The notes under the pieces were generated by a model. The model worked only from the letters and a program-made list of their open reading frames with translations, was not told the DNA's origin and ran no database searches. Made by a program: the position numbers and the translations under genes. Below are positions 38,360 to 47,163 of a stretch of DNA of 64,000 nucleotides, one piece after another. Position 1 is the stretch's first letter. The number at the start of each line of letters is the position of its first letter. Source of the stretch: a virus; IMG/VR virus record IMGVR_UViG_3300047558_000077, positions 1 through 64,000 of that record; one strand, given 5' to 3'.

Positions 38360-38581
38360 ATGGCTACCCCACGTAAGACTCAGATTGAGAAGATTGAAAA
38401 CGTTCTATGGCGTCACAACACCGGTGCTGGTGTTACTGCCGATAAGATTGCTTCACTAGCCCGTGTTCCTCGCAGTGCCGTCGGCAAGCGTGTTTATGAT
38501 CTTCGTGAAGATTACACAATCTATACTAACTATCGCAATGTAAATGGCAAGCGCACAGCATTCTATCGCATTGCTGGCTGA
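38360..38581 (+). CDS. Small winged-HTH DNA-binding protein
   Basis: GVTADKIASLARVPRSAVGKRVYDLRE helix-turn-helix followed by a beta wing. Confidence 0.65.
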   Translation: MATPRKTQIEKIENVLWRHNTGAGVTADKIASLARVPRSAVGKRVYDLREDYTIYTNYRNVNGKRTAFYRIAG

Positions 38582-38651
38582 TTTGTAAAAAGTCTGCTAT
38601 ATAAGCGTAGGGACAGAAATGACCCTACGCTATTCGTTTATGGAGAATAAT

Positions 38652-39482
38652 ATGGAAATAAAAATCAGTGCGGATGAATTGAGAAAGAAGAAGTTGTTTG
38701 TAGCAACACCTTGTTATGGTGGTCAGTGTCTAGGTCTTTACGCTAAAGCATGTCTCGATTTACAAGCTATCTGTATTCAGTATGGTATTGAATGCCGCTT
38801 TTCATTCATCTTTAATGAGTCTCTAATTACAAGAGCAAGAAACTATTTGGTTGATGAGTTTCTTCGTTCTGGTTGCACACATCTACTATTCATCGACGCT
38901 GATATCAATTTCAATCCTCAGGATGTTCTAGCACTTCTGGCACTTGATCGTGATATCATCGGCGGCCCATATCCAAAGAAGTCAATCAACTGGTCAAACA
39001 TCGTCAATGCTATTCAGAAGAATAGTAAAGTTGATGGCGAGAATATCAAACTGCGTGATGGTTTTAATCCTGGTGATCTTGATCAGATTACTGGTGACTT
39101 TGTTTTTAATCCTGTTCCAGGCACAACATCTTTCCGTGTAACTGAACCTGTCGAAGTTATGGAAATCGGCACAGGCTACATGATGGTCAAGCGTGAAGTA
39201 TTTGACAAATTCAAAGAAGCATATCCAGAACTAAACTATAAGCCCGATCACATTGGTCAGGCTAACTTTGATGGTTCAAGATACATTCATGCATTCTTTG
39301 ATACGGTTATTGATCCTGATTCACATCGTTATCTCTCGGAAGATTACATGTTCTGTCAGTGGTCACGAAAGATTGGTATTAAGATTTGGCTATGCCCATG
39401 GATGAAGACAACCCACGTTGGAACATATGGCTTCCAAGGTGATCTACCCGCAGTCGCAGCACTCTCGGGAAACTTGAGATAA
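38652..39482 (+). CDS. GT-A fold glycosyltransferase-like protein conserved in T4-like phages
   Basis: FVATPCYGG, NESLITRARN, LLFIDADI (DxD), GTGYMM, YLSEDYMFC. Confidence 0.75.
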   Translation: MEIKISADELRKKKLFVATPCYGGQCLGLYAKACLDLQAICIQYGIECRFSFIFNESLITRARNYLVDEFLRSGCTHLLFIDADINFNPQDVLALLALDRDIIGGPYPKKSINWSNIVNAIQKNSKVDGENIKLRDGFNPGDLDQITGDFVFNPVPGTTSFRVTEPVEVMEIGTGYMMVKREVFDKFKEAYPELNYKPDHIGQANFDGSRYIHAFFDTVIDPDSHRYLSEDYMFCQWSRKIGIKIWLCPWMKTTHVGTYGFQGDLPAVAALSGNLR

Positions 39483-39500
39483 GAGGAATACTAAATAGAT

Positions 39501-39558
39501 GTAGGCCACGGTGCTACCAACACCTGCCTACCCTAACGCTATGAAGGAGCGCCAGCCT
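39501..39558 (+). ncRNA. Structured leader RNA motif, copy 1 (upstream of HNH gene)
   Basis: Follows late promoter CTAAATA. Same architecture as 55989-56044, with compensatory changes. Confidence 0.65.
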
Positions 39559-40172
39559 ATGTCTATTTATCGTCGGATCTATACAGAACATTTTGGTCCA
39601 ATTCCAAAGGGTTATCATATCCATCATAAAGATGGAAATCATTCTAATAATGATCCTTTGAATCTTGTTGCCATTGCGGCAAAAGAGCATTATGATATAC
39701 ATTTTAGTCAAGGAGACTATGGTGCCTGTTGGGCAATGTATCGCACAGGTCATATGACACTAACAAGTGAGGAACGATCCGCACTAGTTAGTAAGCAACA
39801 AAAGATGTTGTTAGAATCAAACAAACATCCTTTTCAAGATCAAAAAATCGTGAAAAGAACAGGCAGATTCATTTGGATAAAATATCTAAAAGAACACACC
39901 ATCTTCAATCAGGATCTATTCAAAGAATACAAAACGCCAAGAGGATTCTTGAAGGAACACACAACTTATTAGGTGAAAACAATCCGATTCACGAAAGAGT
40001 TGAAAAAGGTTTACACCAAGAGATGATGAAGAATGAGAATAAAAAACGATTGGCAAATGGGACACATAACTTTACCATGAAATGGATATGTCCAATATGC
40101 GGTAAAAGTGGAACCAACCAAACAAACTATAGTAGATGGCATGGTGATAGATGTAGGGAGAATATAAAATGA
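39559..40172 (+). pseudogene. HNH homing endonuclease split by a single frameshift near 39841-39847
   Basis: YRRIY..HFGPIPKGYHIHHKDGNHSNNDPLNL HNH motif. Reading continues in the -1 frame as KNREKNRQIHLDK...GTHNL...CPICGK...RWHGDRC. Confidence 0.75.
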
Positions 40173-40765
40173 TTATTGGTTTGGTAGGATTTATTGGTGC
40201 AGGTAAAGGTACGGTAGCAGATATTTTAGTAAGAGAACATGAATATCATAAGTTTAGTTTTGCTGATGCTCTAAAGGATGCCGTTGCCACAATCTTCACA
40301 TGGCCACGAGGTCTTCTAGAGGGTGACTCAAACGCTTCTAGAGCATTTCGTGAGCGTGTTGATCCGTGGTGGTCACATAAACTCGGCTATGAGGTTACTC
40401 CACGGCTCATTCTACAAAAGATGGGTACCGAAGCATGTCGGCACGGAATCGCAGATAACATCTGGATTGCCGCATTAGAGAAACGCATTCATGGATATGA
40501 TGATGTGGTTATCTCCGATGTTCGTTTTCCAAACGAAATCGATTTTGTTCGGAGTGCCGGTGGTATCATAGTTCAGGTCAATAGAGGTAATGCACCCACA
40601 AAAGAAGAACTATCCAAAATGCATATATCGGAGACAGCATGGAACTATGTTGTGCCAGATTACATCATAGATAATGATGGTTCATTACAGGAACTGAAAG
40701 ATAAGATAAAAATAGTCTTGACAGTAGAACAAAAACCTACTACAATATTTCATCATCCGGTATGA
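40169..40765 (+). CDS. gp1: Deoxynucleoside monophosphate kinase gp1
   Basis: IIGLVGFIGAGKGT, SFADALKD, TPRLILQKMGTE, ISDVRFPNE, HISE. Confidence 0.92.
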   Translation: MIIGLVGFIGAGKGTVADILVREHEYHKFSFADALKDAVATIFTWPRGLLEGDSNASRAFRERVDPWWSHKLGYEVTPRLILQKMGTEACRHGIADNIWIAALEKRIHGYDDVVISDVRFPNEIDFVRSAGGIIVQVNRGNAPTKEELSKMHISETAWNYVVPDYIIDNDGSLQELKDKIKIVLTVEQKPTTIFHHPV

Positions 40766-40778
40766 TAAGGAGAATATA

Positions 40779-41432
40779 ATGAAGCTAAGTGAGAATACAC
40801 TATCCGTCCTAAAGAACTTTGCCACGATCAATAGTGGTGTTGTTTTAAATGCAGGCAAGATTCAAAAAACAATCTCACCTGAGAAGTCTATTCTAGTTGA
40901 AGCAACACTTGATGATGACATTCCAACACCATTTGGAATTTACGATCTAAATCGGTTCTTGGGCAATCTAACAACACTAAAGAATCCTGAATTGACCTTT
41001 AATAATGAATCCGTTACTCTAGATGATGGAGAGTTTTCATTCGATTATCATGCTTGTTCTGCTAATCTTATTATCACTCCTCCAAATAAGGATATTATGT
41101 TGCAAACGATTGATGTTACATTCTCTCTTCCTAATGTGATTCTACAGAAGCTACTTAAAGTTGCCACCATGAACGGTCTACCTAATCTCTCTGTTGTAGG
41201 TAAAAATGGTGAGTTGCTACTTCGTATTCACGAAAAGGCAAACGATACATCTAACAGTGGAACTATGAAGATTGGTGAGTATGCGGGTCAGGACTTCACT
41301 GCTACATTCAACACAGAGAATCTAAAGCTATTGTCTGATGACTACACCGTAGAAATCCAGAAAGGTGCTTTTGCGAAGTTTGTGAATGCCGCCGGCAATC
41401 TAAAGTATTTCGTTGCTCTGGAGACAAAGTAA
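40779..41432 (+). CDS. gp45: Sliding clamp gp45
   Basis: MKLSENTL.VLKNFATIN, FGIYDLNRFL, ENLKLL..DY.V and YFVALE motifs. Promoter TTGACA-17-TACAAT at 40718-40746. Confidence 0.95.
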   Translation: MKLSENTLSVLKNFATINSGVVLNAGKIQKTISPEKSILVEATLDDDIPTPFGIYDLNRFLGNLTTLKNPELTFNNESVTLDDGEFSFDYHACSANLIITPPNKDIMLQTIDVTFSLPNVILQKLLKVATMNGLPNLSVVGKNGELLLRIHEKANDTSNSGTMKIGEYAGQDFTATFNTENLKLLSDDYTVEIQKGAFAKFVNAAGNLKYFVALETK

Positions 41433-41601
41433 TGTCCATGTTTTCTAGAATATATTTTGGCGGAATATTTCTACTATTCTTATCACTAGGATTGATTGCA
41501 TATCAAGACTATACAGAGAATAGAAAGTGTGAAGATGCTGGTGGCATCTATGGTGGCCACGACATGTGTGTGAATCCGGCAGCAATCATTGAGGTAGACT
41601 A

Positions 41602-41898
41602 ATGAGTATGATGGGACATAATCAGCAACAGCGTTCGGTTCAGGGACTAACCGAAGAAGAACGCAAGGTCTTTCGCAAGGCTATTATGGAGTTGAATGAC
41701 TCCATGACTCGTGTTGGTGCCGAGCGAGAACTACAGAAAGAGACTATCAATGAACTAAGTGATAAACTGGATATTGATAAGAAACTCATTCGCCGTATGG
41801 CACGCACATACTTCAAGGCAAACTTCAACTCTGAGGTTCAGGAGAACACAGACTTTGAAGAGTTTTACACCACTGTGATGGAGAAGACACAACTATGA
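41602..41898 (+). CDS. Phage dsDNA-binding protein (T4 DsbA-like)
   Basis: SMTRVGAERELQKE.......IDKKLIRRMARTYFK.NF..E......FEEFY pattern. Confidence 0.7.
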   Translation: MSMMGHNQQQRSVQGLTEEERKVFRKAIMELNDSMTRVGAERELQKETINELSDKLDIDKKLIRRMARTYFKANFNSEVQENTDFEEFYTTVMEKTQL

Positions 41899-42049
41899 TG
41901 GCGCTTATCTTTGAGTTGCTAAGTGTAGTAAACTTTATAACTGCATCCTACTATTGGATTATGGATCACGATGATATCAATCGCTGGTTGTTTCTTCTTC
42001 TAACATCTATTATAATGCAACTTAGCGCATCTCGTTATGAGGAAAATGA

Positions 42050-42988
42050 ATGAGCAATGACTTCCTTTGGGTAGAAAAGTATCGTCCTCACAAGATCGAG
42101 GACTGTGTTCTTCCTGATCGTATCAAACAGGCATTTCAAGAATATGTGAATAAGGGGGAGATTCCAAATCTCCTTCTTTCTGGGCCCGCTGGTTGTGGTA
42201 AAACTACCGCAGCCATGGCTATGTGTGATGAAATCGGTTGTAACTATCTTTTCATCAACTCCTCAGAAGAAAGAGGCATTGATGTTCTAAGAACAAAGGT
42301 CGTAGGTTATGCGTCGACCGTATCGCTTACTGGTGGTCGTAAGGTTATCATTCTAGACGAAGCCGACGGCCTGACACCAGATACGCAAGATGCTCTTAGA
42401 GGTGTTATTGAGAAGTTTGCTTCCAACTGTTCTTTCATCTTCACATGTAACTTCAAGGCAAAGATCAAAGACGCTATTCATTCTAGATGCTCCGTCGTTG
42501 ACTTTACCTTGAAGTCTACTGAAAAGCCTGCTATGGCTGCTAAGATGTTCAAGCGTATTGAACAGATTCTAAAAATCGAGAGTGTAGATTATGACAAACA
42601 AGTTCTTGCCAAAGTTGTCGAAAAGTATTTCCCAGACTATCGTAGGACTCTTAATGAACTACAACGGTATTCTGTTGCTGGAAGCATTGATGCTGGTCTT
42701 GCTGCTCAACTTGACAGCGTTCGCAGCCTTAACGATCTAATCAAGTCTCTCAAAGATAAAGACTTTACGGCTATGCGTAAGTGGGTGGTTCTAAACTCTG
42801 ACATTGATCCTTCACGCATTTATCGTTCGGTGTATGATAATCTAAATCAGTATCTAAAGCCAGAGTCCATTCCCGCTGCGGTTGTAACGCTTGCTAAGTA
42901 TCAGTATCAGTCCGCCTTTGTTGCTGATCAGGAACTAAACTTGGTTGCTTGTCTGACGGAAATCATGGTTGAGTGTGAGGTGAAGTAA
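42050..42988 (+). CDS. gp44: Clamp loader large subunit gp44
   Basis: LWVEKYRP, GPAGCGKTT, IILDEAD, HSRC, FPDYRR.LNELQ. Confidence 0.96.
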   Translation: MSNDFLWVEKYRPHKIEDCVLPDRIKQAFQEYVNKGEIPNLLLSGPAGCGKTTAAMAMCDEIGCNYLFINSSEERGIDVLRTKVVGYASTVSLTGGRKVIILDEADGLTPDTQDALRGVIEKFASNCSFIFTCNFKAKIKDAIHSRCSVVDFTLKSTEKPAMAAKMFKRIEQILKIESVDYDKQVLAKVVEKYFPDYRRTLNELQRYSVAGSIDAGLAAQLDSVRSLNDLIKSLKDKDFTAMRKWVVLNSDIDPSRIYRSVYDNLNQYLKPESIPAAVVTLAKYQYQSAFVADQELNLVACLTEIMVECEVK

Positions 42989-43479
42989 TGGCTAAAATGG
43001 ATTGGAGTAAAGCGAATCATTCAAATAGTTTAGAATTGGGTTCTAAATCATCTTTTGAGGCTAGAAAAGCGAAAGAACTCAAACAAATTGTAGATTTACA
43101 AGAAGAGAATGTGGGAAAATATAAGAAGTCTTATGTTCAAGAAACATTCGATAATAGTCCTTTTCAGACAACCGAAGAATTTGAAAAGTCAATAGTAAAA
43201 TCCATAAAAGAAGAACAAGAAAAAGAACTCAATGGATCAAAAATCAATGGACATGTAAAGTTAACTGGAGGTAAGTATAGACATTTCAACTATGATGATG
43301 TTTGGAATGCCGATCCTGATTACATCCTTTGGTTATTCTGGAATACACCACATGACTTTATTAGACAACAGATATTGAGGTCTGTGCCTATTACTGAAAA
43401 TGTTGGTATGTATTTCAAGAAGATCGAGATGCCTACCGTAAAGAAACTTGCCGTTCAACCTACATGGTGGCAATATTGA
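42988..43479 (+). CDS. Hypothetical protein inserted between gp44 and gp62
   Basis: Carries a GKYR......V...DPDYILWL small module; overlaps both neighbours. Confidence 0.55.
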   Translation: MAKMDWSKANHSNSLELGSKSSFEARKAKELKQIVDLQEENVGKYKKSYVQETFDNSPFQTTEEFEKSIVKSIKEEQEKELNGSKINGHVKLTGGKYRHFNYDDVWNADPDYILWLFWNTPHDFIRQQILRSVPITENVGMYFKKIEMPTVKKLAVQPTWWQY

Positions 43480-43892
43480 CTGATCTATTCAAAGATGTCA
43501 TTCCATCCATTCTACAGACTAAGAAGAATGTTCTGGAGAATGAAAAAGACTATAGTGCTTTCGTGGTGAATCGGGCCCTCTCGTTTCACTACGATTGCGT
43601 TTTACAAGTCAATGAGATGAACCAGTATCCAGGTTTGCCTGCTAATATGCAATATCACTATTTGCTAAATAGCATTAGAGGCTATAAACGCCCTTTTAGA
43701 AAATGGGAAAAGCGTGAAACCATTGAGGACTTGGAAGCCGTAAAAGAGTATTACAACTACTCTAACGAAAAGGCCAAAGAAGCATTGGTTTTGCTAAACG
43801 CTACCCAGTTAGAACAAATAAGAAAAGAACTAAACAAAGGTGGCATAAATGACAGCAAACCTAGAAGACTTCGTGGAAGTAAGACTTCCTGA
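43476..43892 (+). CDS. gp62: Clamp loader small subunit gp62 (probable TTG start)
   Basis: YSAFVVNRALS, MQYHYLLNSI, VKEYYNYSNEKAKEAL. Confidence 0.9.
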   Translation: MTDLFKDVIPSILQTKKNVLENEKDYSAFVVNRALSFHYDCVLQVNEMNQYPGLPANMQYHYLLNSIRGYKRPFRKWEKRETIEDLEAVKEYYNYSNEKAKEALVLLNATQLEQIRKELNKGGINDSKPRRLRGSKTS

Positions 43893-44262
43893 TCCTCAAG
43901 CCTTCTTGAAAGTGAAGGAGACTTTGACTCGTATTGGTGTAGCATCTAAGAAAGATAAAACTCTCTATCAGTCATGTCATATATTACATAAGCAGGGTCA
44001 TTATTACTTGGTACACTTCAAAGAGATGTTTATGTTGGACGGTAAGCCAACAGACTTCTCCGAAGAAGATCGTGGCAGAAGAAACACGATTGCTAATCTA
44101 TTAGCAGAATGGGGTCTAGTCACGCTAGTCGATAAAACTAAATCACAAGAGCCACTAACACCTCTAAACCGCATCAAGATAATCTCTTATGGTGAGAAAG
44201 GTGAGTGGAATCTAGTCGCCAAGTATTCTCTTGGTAAGAAAAGATTTTCAGATACAGAATAG
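43849..44262 (+). CDS. regA: Translational repressor RegA
   Basis: FLKVKETLTRIGVAS, LYQSCHILHKQG.YYLVHFKE, RRNTIA.LL.EWGL. Confidence 0.97.
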   Translation: MTANLEDFVEVRLPDPQAFLKVKETLTRIGVASKKDKTLYQSCHILHKQGHYYLVHFKEMFMLDGKPTDFSEEDRGRRNTIANLLAEWGLVTLVDKTKSQEPLTPLNRIKIISYGEKGEWNLVAKYSLGKKRFSDTE

Positions 44263-44276
44263 AAAGTGAGTTTGTT

Positions 44277-44885
44277 ATGACTACATTGAAGATTTGGAAA
44301 ACACATCCCGATATTCAAATACCAAAGCACCAGACCACACAGTCTGCTTGCTTTGATCTAGCTTTTCAAGGTGCCGGCAAAAGAGAGTATAAAGGCTATT
44401 CGCATATGAATAAGCCTTTCTCTCGCCTACTTTCAGGATCTATCACAATCGCTCCTGGTGATCGTGTTCTAATTCCAACTGGTTGCATCATGGATATTCC
44501 AGAAGGATATTCGGTTCGTCTTCATGCTCGTTCTGGAACATCTCTAAAGCAGGGACTTGTTCTAGCTAATGCGGAAGGTGTCATTGATTCTGACTATGTT
44601 GAAGAAGTGTTTATCATGCTATGGAACATTTCTGGTAACGCTGTTACGATTAACAACGGTGATCGTATTGCACAGGCAGAACTTGTGAAGAATGAGGAAT
44701 ACACAATTGAGCAAACACCAGCCCGTCCTTTGCCCAGAACTAATCGCACAGGCGGATTTGGTTCTACAGGAATCACATCAAAAGATGATATGATTCTAAT
44801 AAATATACCACAAACTTTGGTTGTCGAGAAAGTTGAGGAACCTGTCGTGAAGCGTGGTAGAGGAAGACCGAGGAAGAATGCCTAA
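44277..44885 (+). CDS. dut: Trimeric dUTPase with C-terminal AT-hook
   Basis: SACFDL, RSG, GVIDSDY, GDRIAQ and RTGGFGSTG motifs; tail KRGRGRPRK. Confidence 0.92.
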   Translation: MTTLKIWKTHPDIQIPKHQTTQSACFDLAFQGAGKREYKGYSHMNKPFSRLLSGSITIAPGDRVLIPTGCIMDIPEGYSVRLHARSGTSLKQGLVLANAEGVIDSDYVEEVFIMLWNISGNAVTINNGDRIAQAELVKNEEYTIEQTPARPLPRTNRTGGFGSTGITSKDDMILINIPQTLVVEKVEEPVVKRGRGRPRKNA

Positions 44886-45420
44886 AGCACATAGAATTGG
44901 TGATCAAAGAATGTGCGGCGCTACTACCACAAGCGCCGGATTGAACACCAACGTCTTTGTCAATGGTATGTTAGCCGCTGTTGCCGGTGACCGTAACGAT
45001 CATAATAATCTAGGTGCATTGATATCATCATCACCTGGTACCATATTGATTAATGGTGTTCCTATGATCGCATCTATCATGGATAATTCCTCACCAGATC
45101 AGATTGGATTAATCACACACGTTACAGGACTTCCTACACCAGCAACAGGTTCACCAAACGTAAATCTATATGGAGGTTCCGGATCGTTTGCGGGTGGACT
45201 AGGTTCATTTGGCGTATCCGGACTTCCTAATGTGGGCGAGCTTTTATCATTTGCTGGTAATATTGTAGGTCAAGTATATCGAACTGCAAATCAAGGAAGC
45301 AACTCTGGTATGCTGGCGATGAACAACATAACATCAAACACACAACCAACCACAGGATCTACAGTTACAGGAGTCACAACAGGGAGAACATTCACGTTTT
45401 CCTCATATTATACATCTTGA
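44878..45420 (+). CDS. PAAR-domain spike-tip protein with C-terminal extension
   Basis: MPKAHRIGDQRMCGA, NVFVNG..AAV.GD..DH, TILING.P, TGSPNV. Confidence 0.75.
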   Translation: MPKAHRIGDQRMCGATTTSAGLNTNVFVNGMLAAVAGDRNDHNNLGALISSSPGTILINGVPMIASIMDNSSPDQIGLITHVTGLPTPATGSPNVNLYGGSGSFAGGLGSFGVSGLPNVGELLSFAGNIVGQVYRTANQGSNSGMLAMNNITSNTQPTTGSTVTGVTTGRTFTFSSYYTS

Positions 45421-45451
45421 CAACAGTATAGAGTTTACTATATAATATAAC

Positions 45452-45504
45452 AATGATAGCCGAAAGGTATCATTCCTTATAATCTCGCTGAAAAGGAGAA
45501 ACAC
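45452..45504 (+). promoter_or_regulatory. ROSE-like RNA thermometer in the hsp20 leader
   Basis: 5' hairpin AATGATA..GAAA..TATCATT, then UCUCGCU-GAAA-AGGAGA with a bulged G opposite the SD. Confidence 0.7.
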
Positions 45505-46044
45505 ATGACAAACTATAAGTTTAACACAGAAAACTTCGCATTTCCTTCCGCTCTAGCCAGACAATTCATTGGCTTCGATTCGGTACTTGAAAATTTCAAT
45601 CGAGCTACCGAGCAATTGACCAAAGCTACTAATTATCCTCCATACAATATCAAGAAAATTGACGAAGAACATTTTGTAATCGAAATGGCAGTTGCTGGTT
45701 TCGGTAAGCAGAATCTTGATATTGAATTAAAGGACGGCGAACTGACCATTACTGGTAGACATGACGCCGACGAAAGTGACTACATCTACCAAGGCATTGC
45801 TAACAGGGCTTTCACCCGTAAGTTTACTCTTGCCGATACAGTGGTTGTAAAGAATGCCGAATTGGTCAACGGCCTATTGAAGATCGCTCTTGAACGTTAT
45901 ATTCCGGAAGAGAAGAAAGCGAAGAAGATCGACATTCTAGATCCATTCGGTGTTGGTGAAACGACAAGGCAATTTCTCACCGAGAGCGGCAAAGTTTGGG
46001 CCGAAGGCCTACAGAAAGTCGCAGAAACTATGACGCCTAAATAA
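45505..46044 (+). CDS. Small heat shock protein Hsp20 (IbpA-like)
   Basis: FIGFD, NYPPYNI, IEMAVAGF, GIANRAFTRKFTLAD, NGLLKIALE. Confidence 0.95.
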   Translation: MTNYKFNTENFAFPSALARQFIGFDSVLENFNRATEQLTKATNYPPYNIKKIDEEHFVIEMAVAGFGKQNLDIELKDGELTITGRHDADESDYIYQGIANRAFTRKFTLADTVVVKNAELVNGLLKIALERYIPEEKKAKKIDILDPFGVGETTRQFLTESGKVWAEGLQKVAETMTPK

Positions 46045-46118
46045 GACTGACATGGCCGAGGCCTCTGCCGCAAGGTACGCCTCGGTCCTCTTTATATGAT
46101 GTTACTATGGAGCATGTG

Positions 46119-46415
46119 ATGAAAAAACTCATTCTATTATTCTGTCTTATTCCATCTATCTCACTAGCCGAAGGCTTCGAATGTAGCAAACATGACGGTA
46201 ATGTTGTGTGTAAGGCTAAAGAAAATGGTGTTGCGGTAAACTCTATTTCAATTAATGGTGGTGAATGTGCTTCTCCTTATGATGCTAAGATATATCATAA
46301 GGTAATGAAAAAGGGCGACAAGTTCACCGTTCCTGGTTCTAAAGATTGTTTCTATGTTAGATCGGTGCATATAAATACGCACGACGGTGAAACACATCGC
46401 CATAATGCCATGTGA
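46119..46415 (+). CDS. Secreted small protein with 4 Cys in the mature part and a His-rich C-terminus
   Basis: Signal peptide MKKLILLFCLIPSISLA/E; tail HINTHDGETHRH. Confidence 0.55.
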   Translation: MKKLILLFCLIPSISLAEGFECSKHDGNVVCKAKENGVAVNSISINGGECASPYDAKIYHKVMKKGDKFTVPGSKDCFYVRSVHINTHDGETHRHNAM

Positions 46416-46422
46416 GGATAGT

Positions 46423-47163
46423 ATGAAACTAGTGATTGAAAAACCCGTTACAGTTATCACACCTACAATCGGTTCCCCAAAACTTATTGACGCTATTGAG
46501 TCTGTAAAGAATCAGACTTACAAGTGCAATCATTTGATTGTCGTTGACGGTTCTGAGCATCTATCAGATGCTAGGTCTATATTCCATCGTGATACCAACT
46601 ATGTCGTTTCTCCAGAGAACACAGGAAAGACAGGTGGCAACTTCTATGGTCATCGTATCTATGCTGCTTATCCACATCTAATCAATTCAGATTACATTCT
46701 GTTCCTTGACGAGGACAACTGGTATGAACCAGATCATGTTGCCTCACTAATCGAAACAATCGAGAAGAAAAATCTAGATTTCTCCTATTCGCTTCGAAAG
46801 ATTTTCTCACCTGATAAGAAGTATCTTTGCGATGATAATTGTGAAAGTCTTGGTAAGTGGCCGATCTTTATGTCTCGCAGTTCTCCACATGGTCCTCAGT
46901 TTCTAATCGACACATCTTCCTTCTGCTTCAAGCGAGAGTTTATTCAAAAGACTTGTCATTTCTGGCATTCTGGATGGGGTGGCGATAGACGATTTTTATA
47001 CTCGGTAAAAGATAATGCTAACTACGATACAAACGGTAAGCATACTCTCTGCTATCGTCTAGATGGTAATCCCAATTCAGTAACACGAGAATTTTTTGAA
47101 CAAGGTAACAAGACACAAGAAGCATATTATGGAGGAGCGAAATATCCATGGCTAAGGACTTGA
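46423..47163 (+). CDS. Glycosyltransferase family 2
   Basis: VTVITPT, AIESVKNQT, LIVVDG, FLDEDNW, WGGD. Confidence 0.85.
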   Translation: MKLVIEKPVTVITPTIGSPKLIDAIESVKNQTYKCNHLIVVDGSEHLSDARSIFHRDTNYVVSPENTGKTGGNFYGHRIYAAYPHLINSDYILFLDEDNWYEPDHVASLIETIEKKNLDFSYSLRKIFSPDKKYLCDDNCESLGKWPIFMSRSSPHGPQFLIDTSSFCFKREFIQKTCHFWHSGWGGDRRFLYSVKDNANYDTNGKHTLCYRLDGNPNSVTREFFEQGNKTQEAYYGGAKYPWLRT

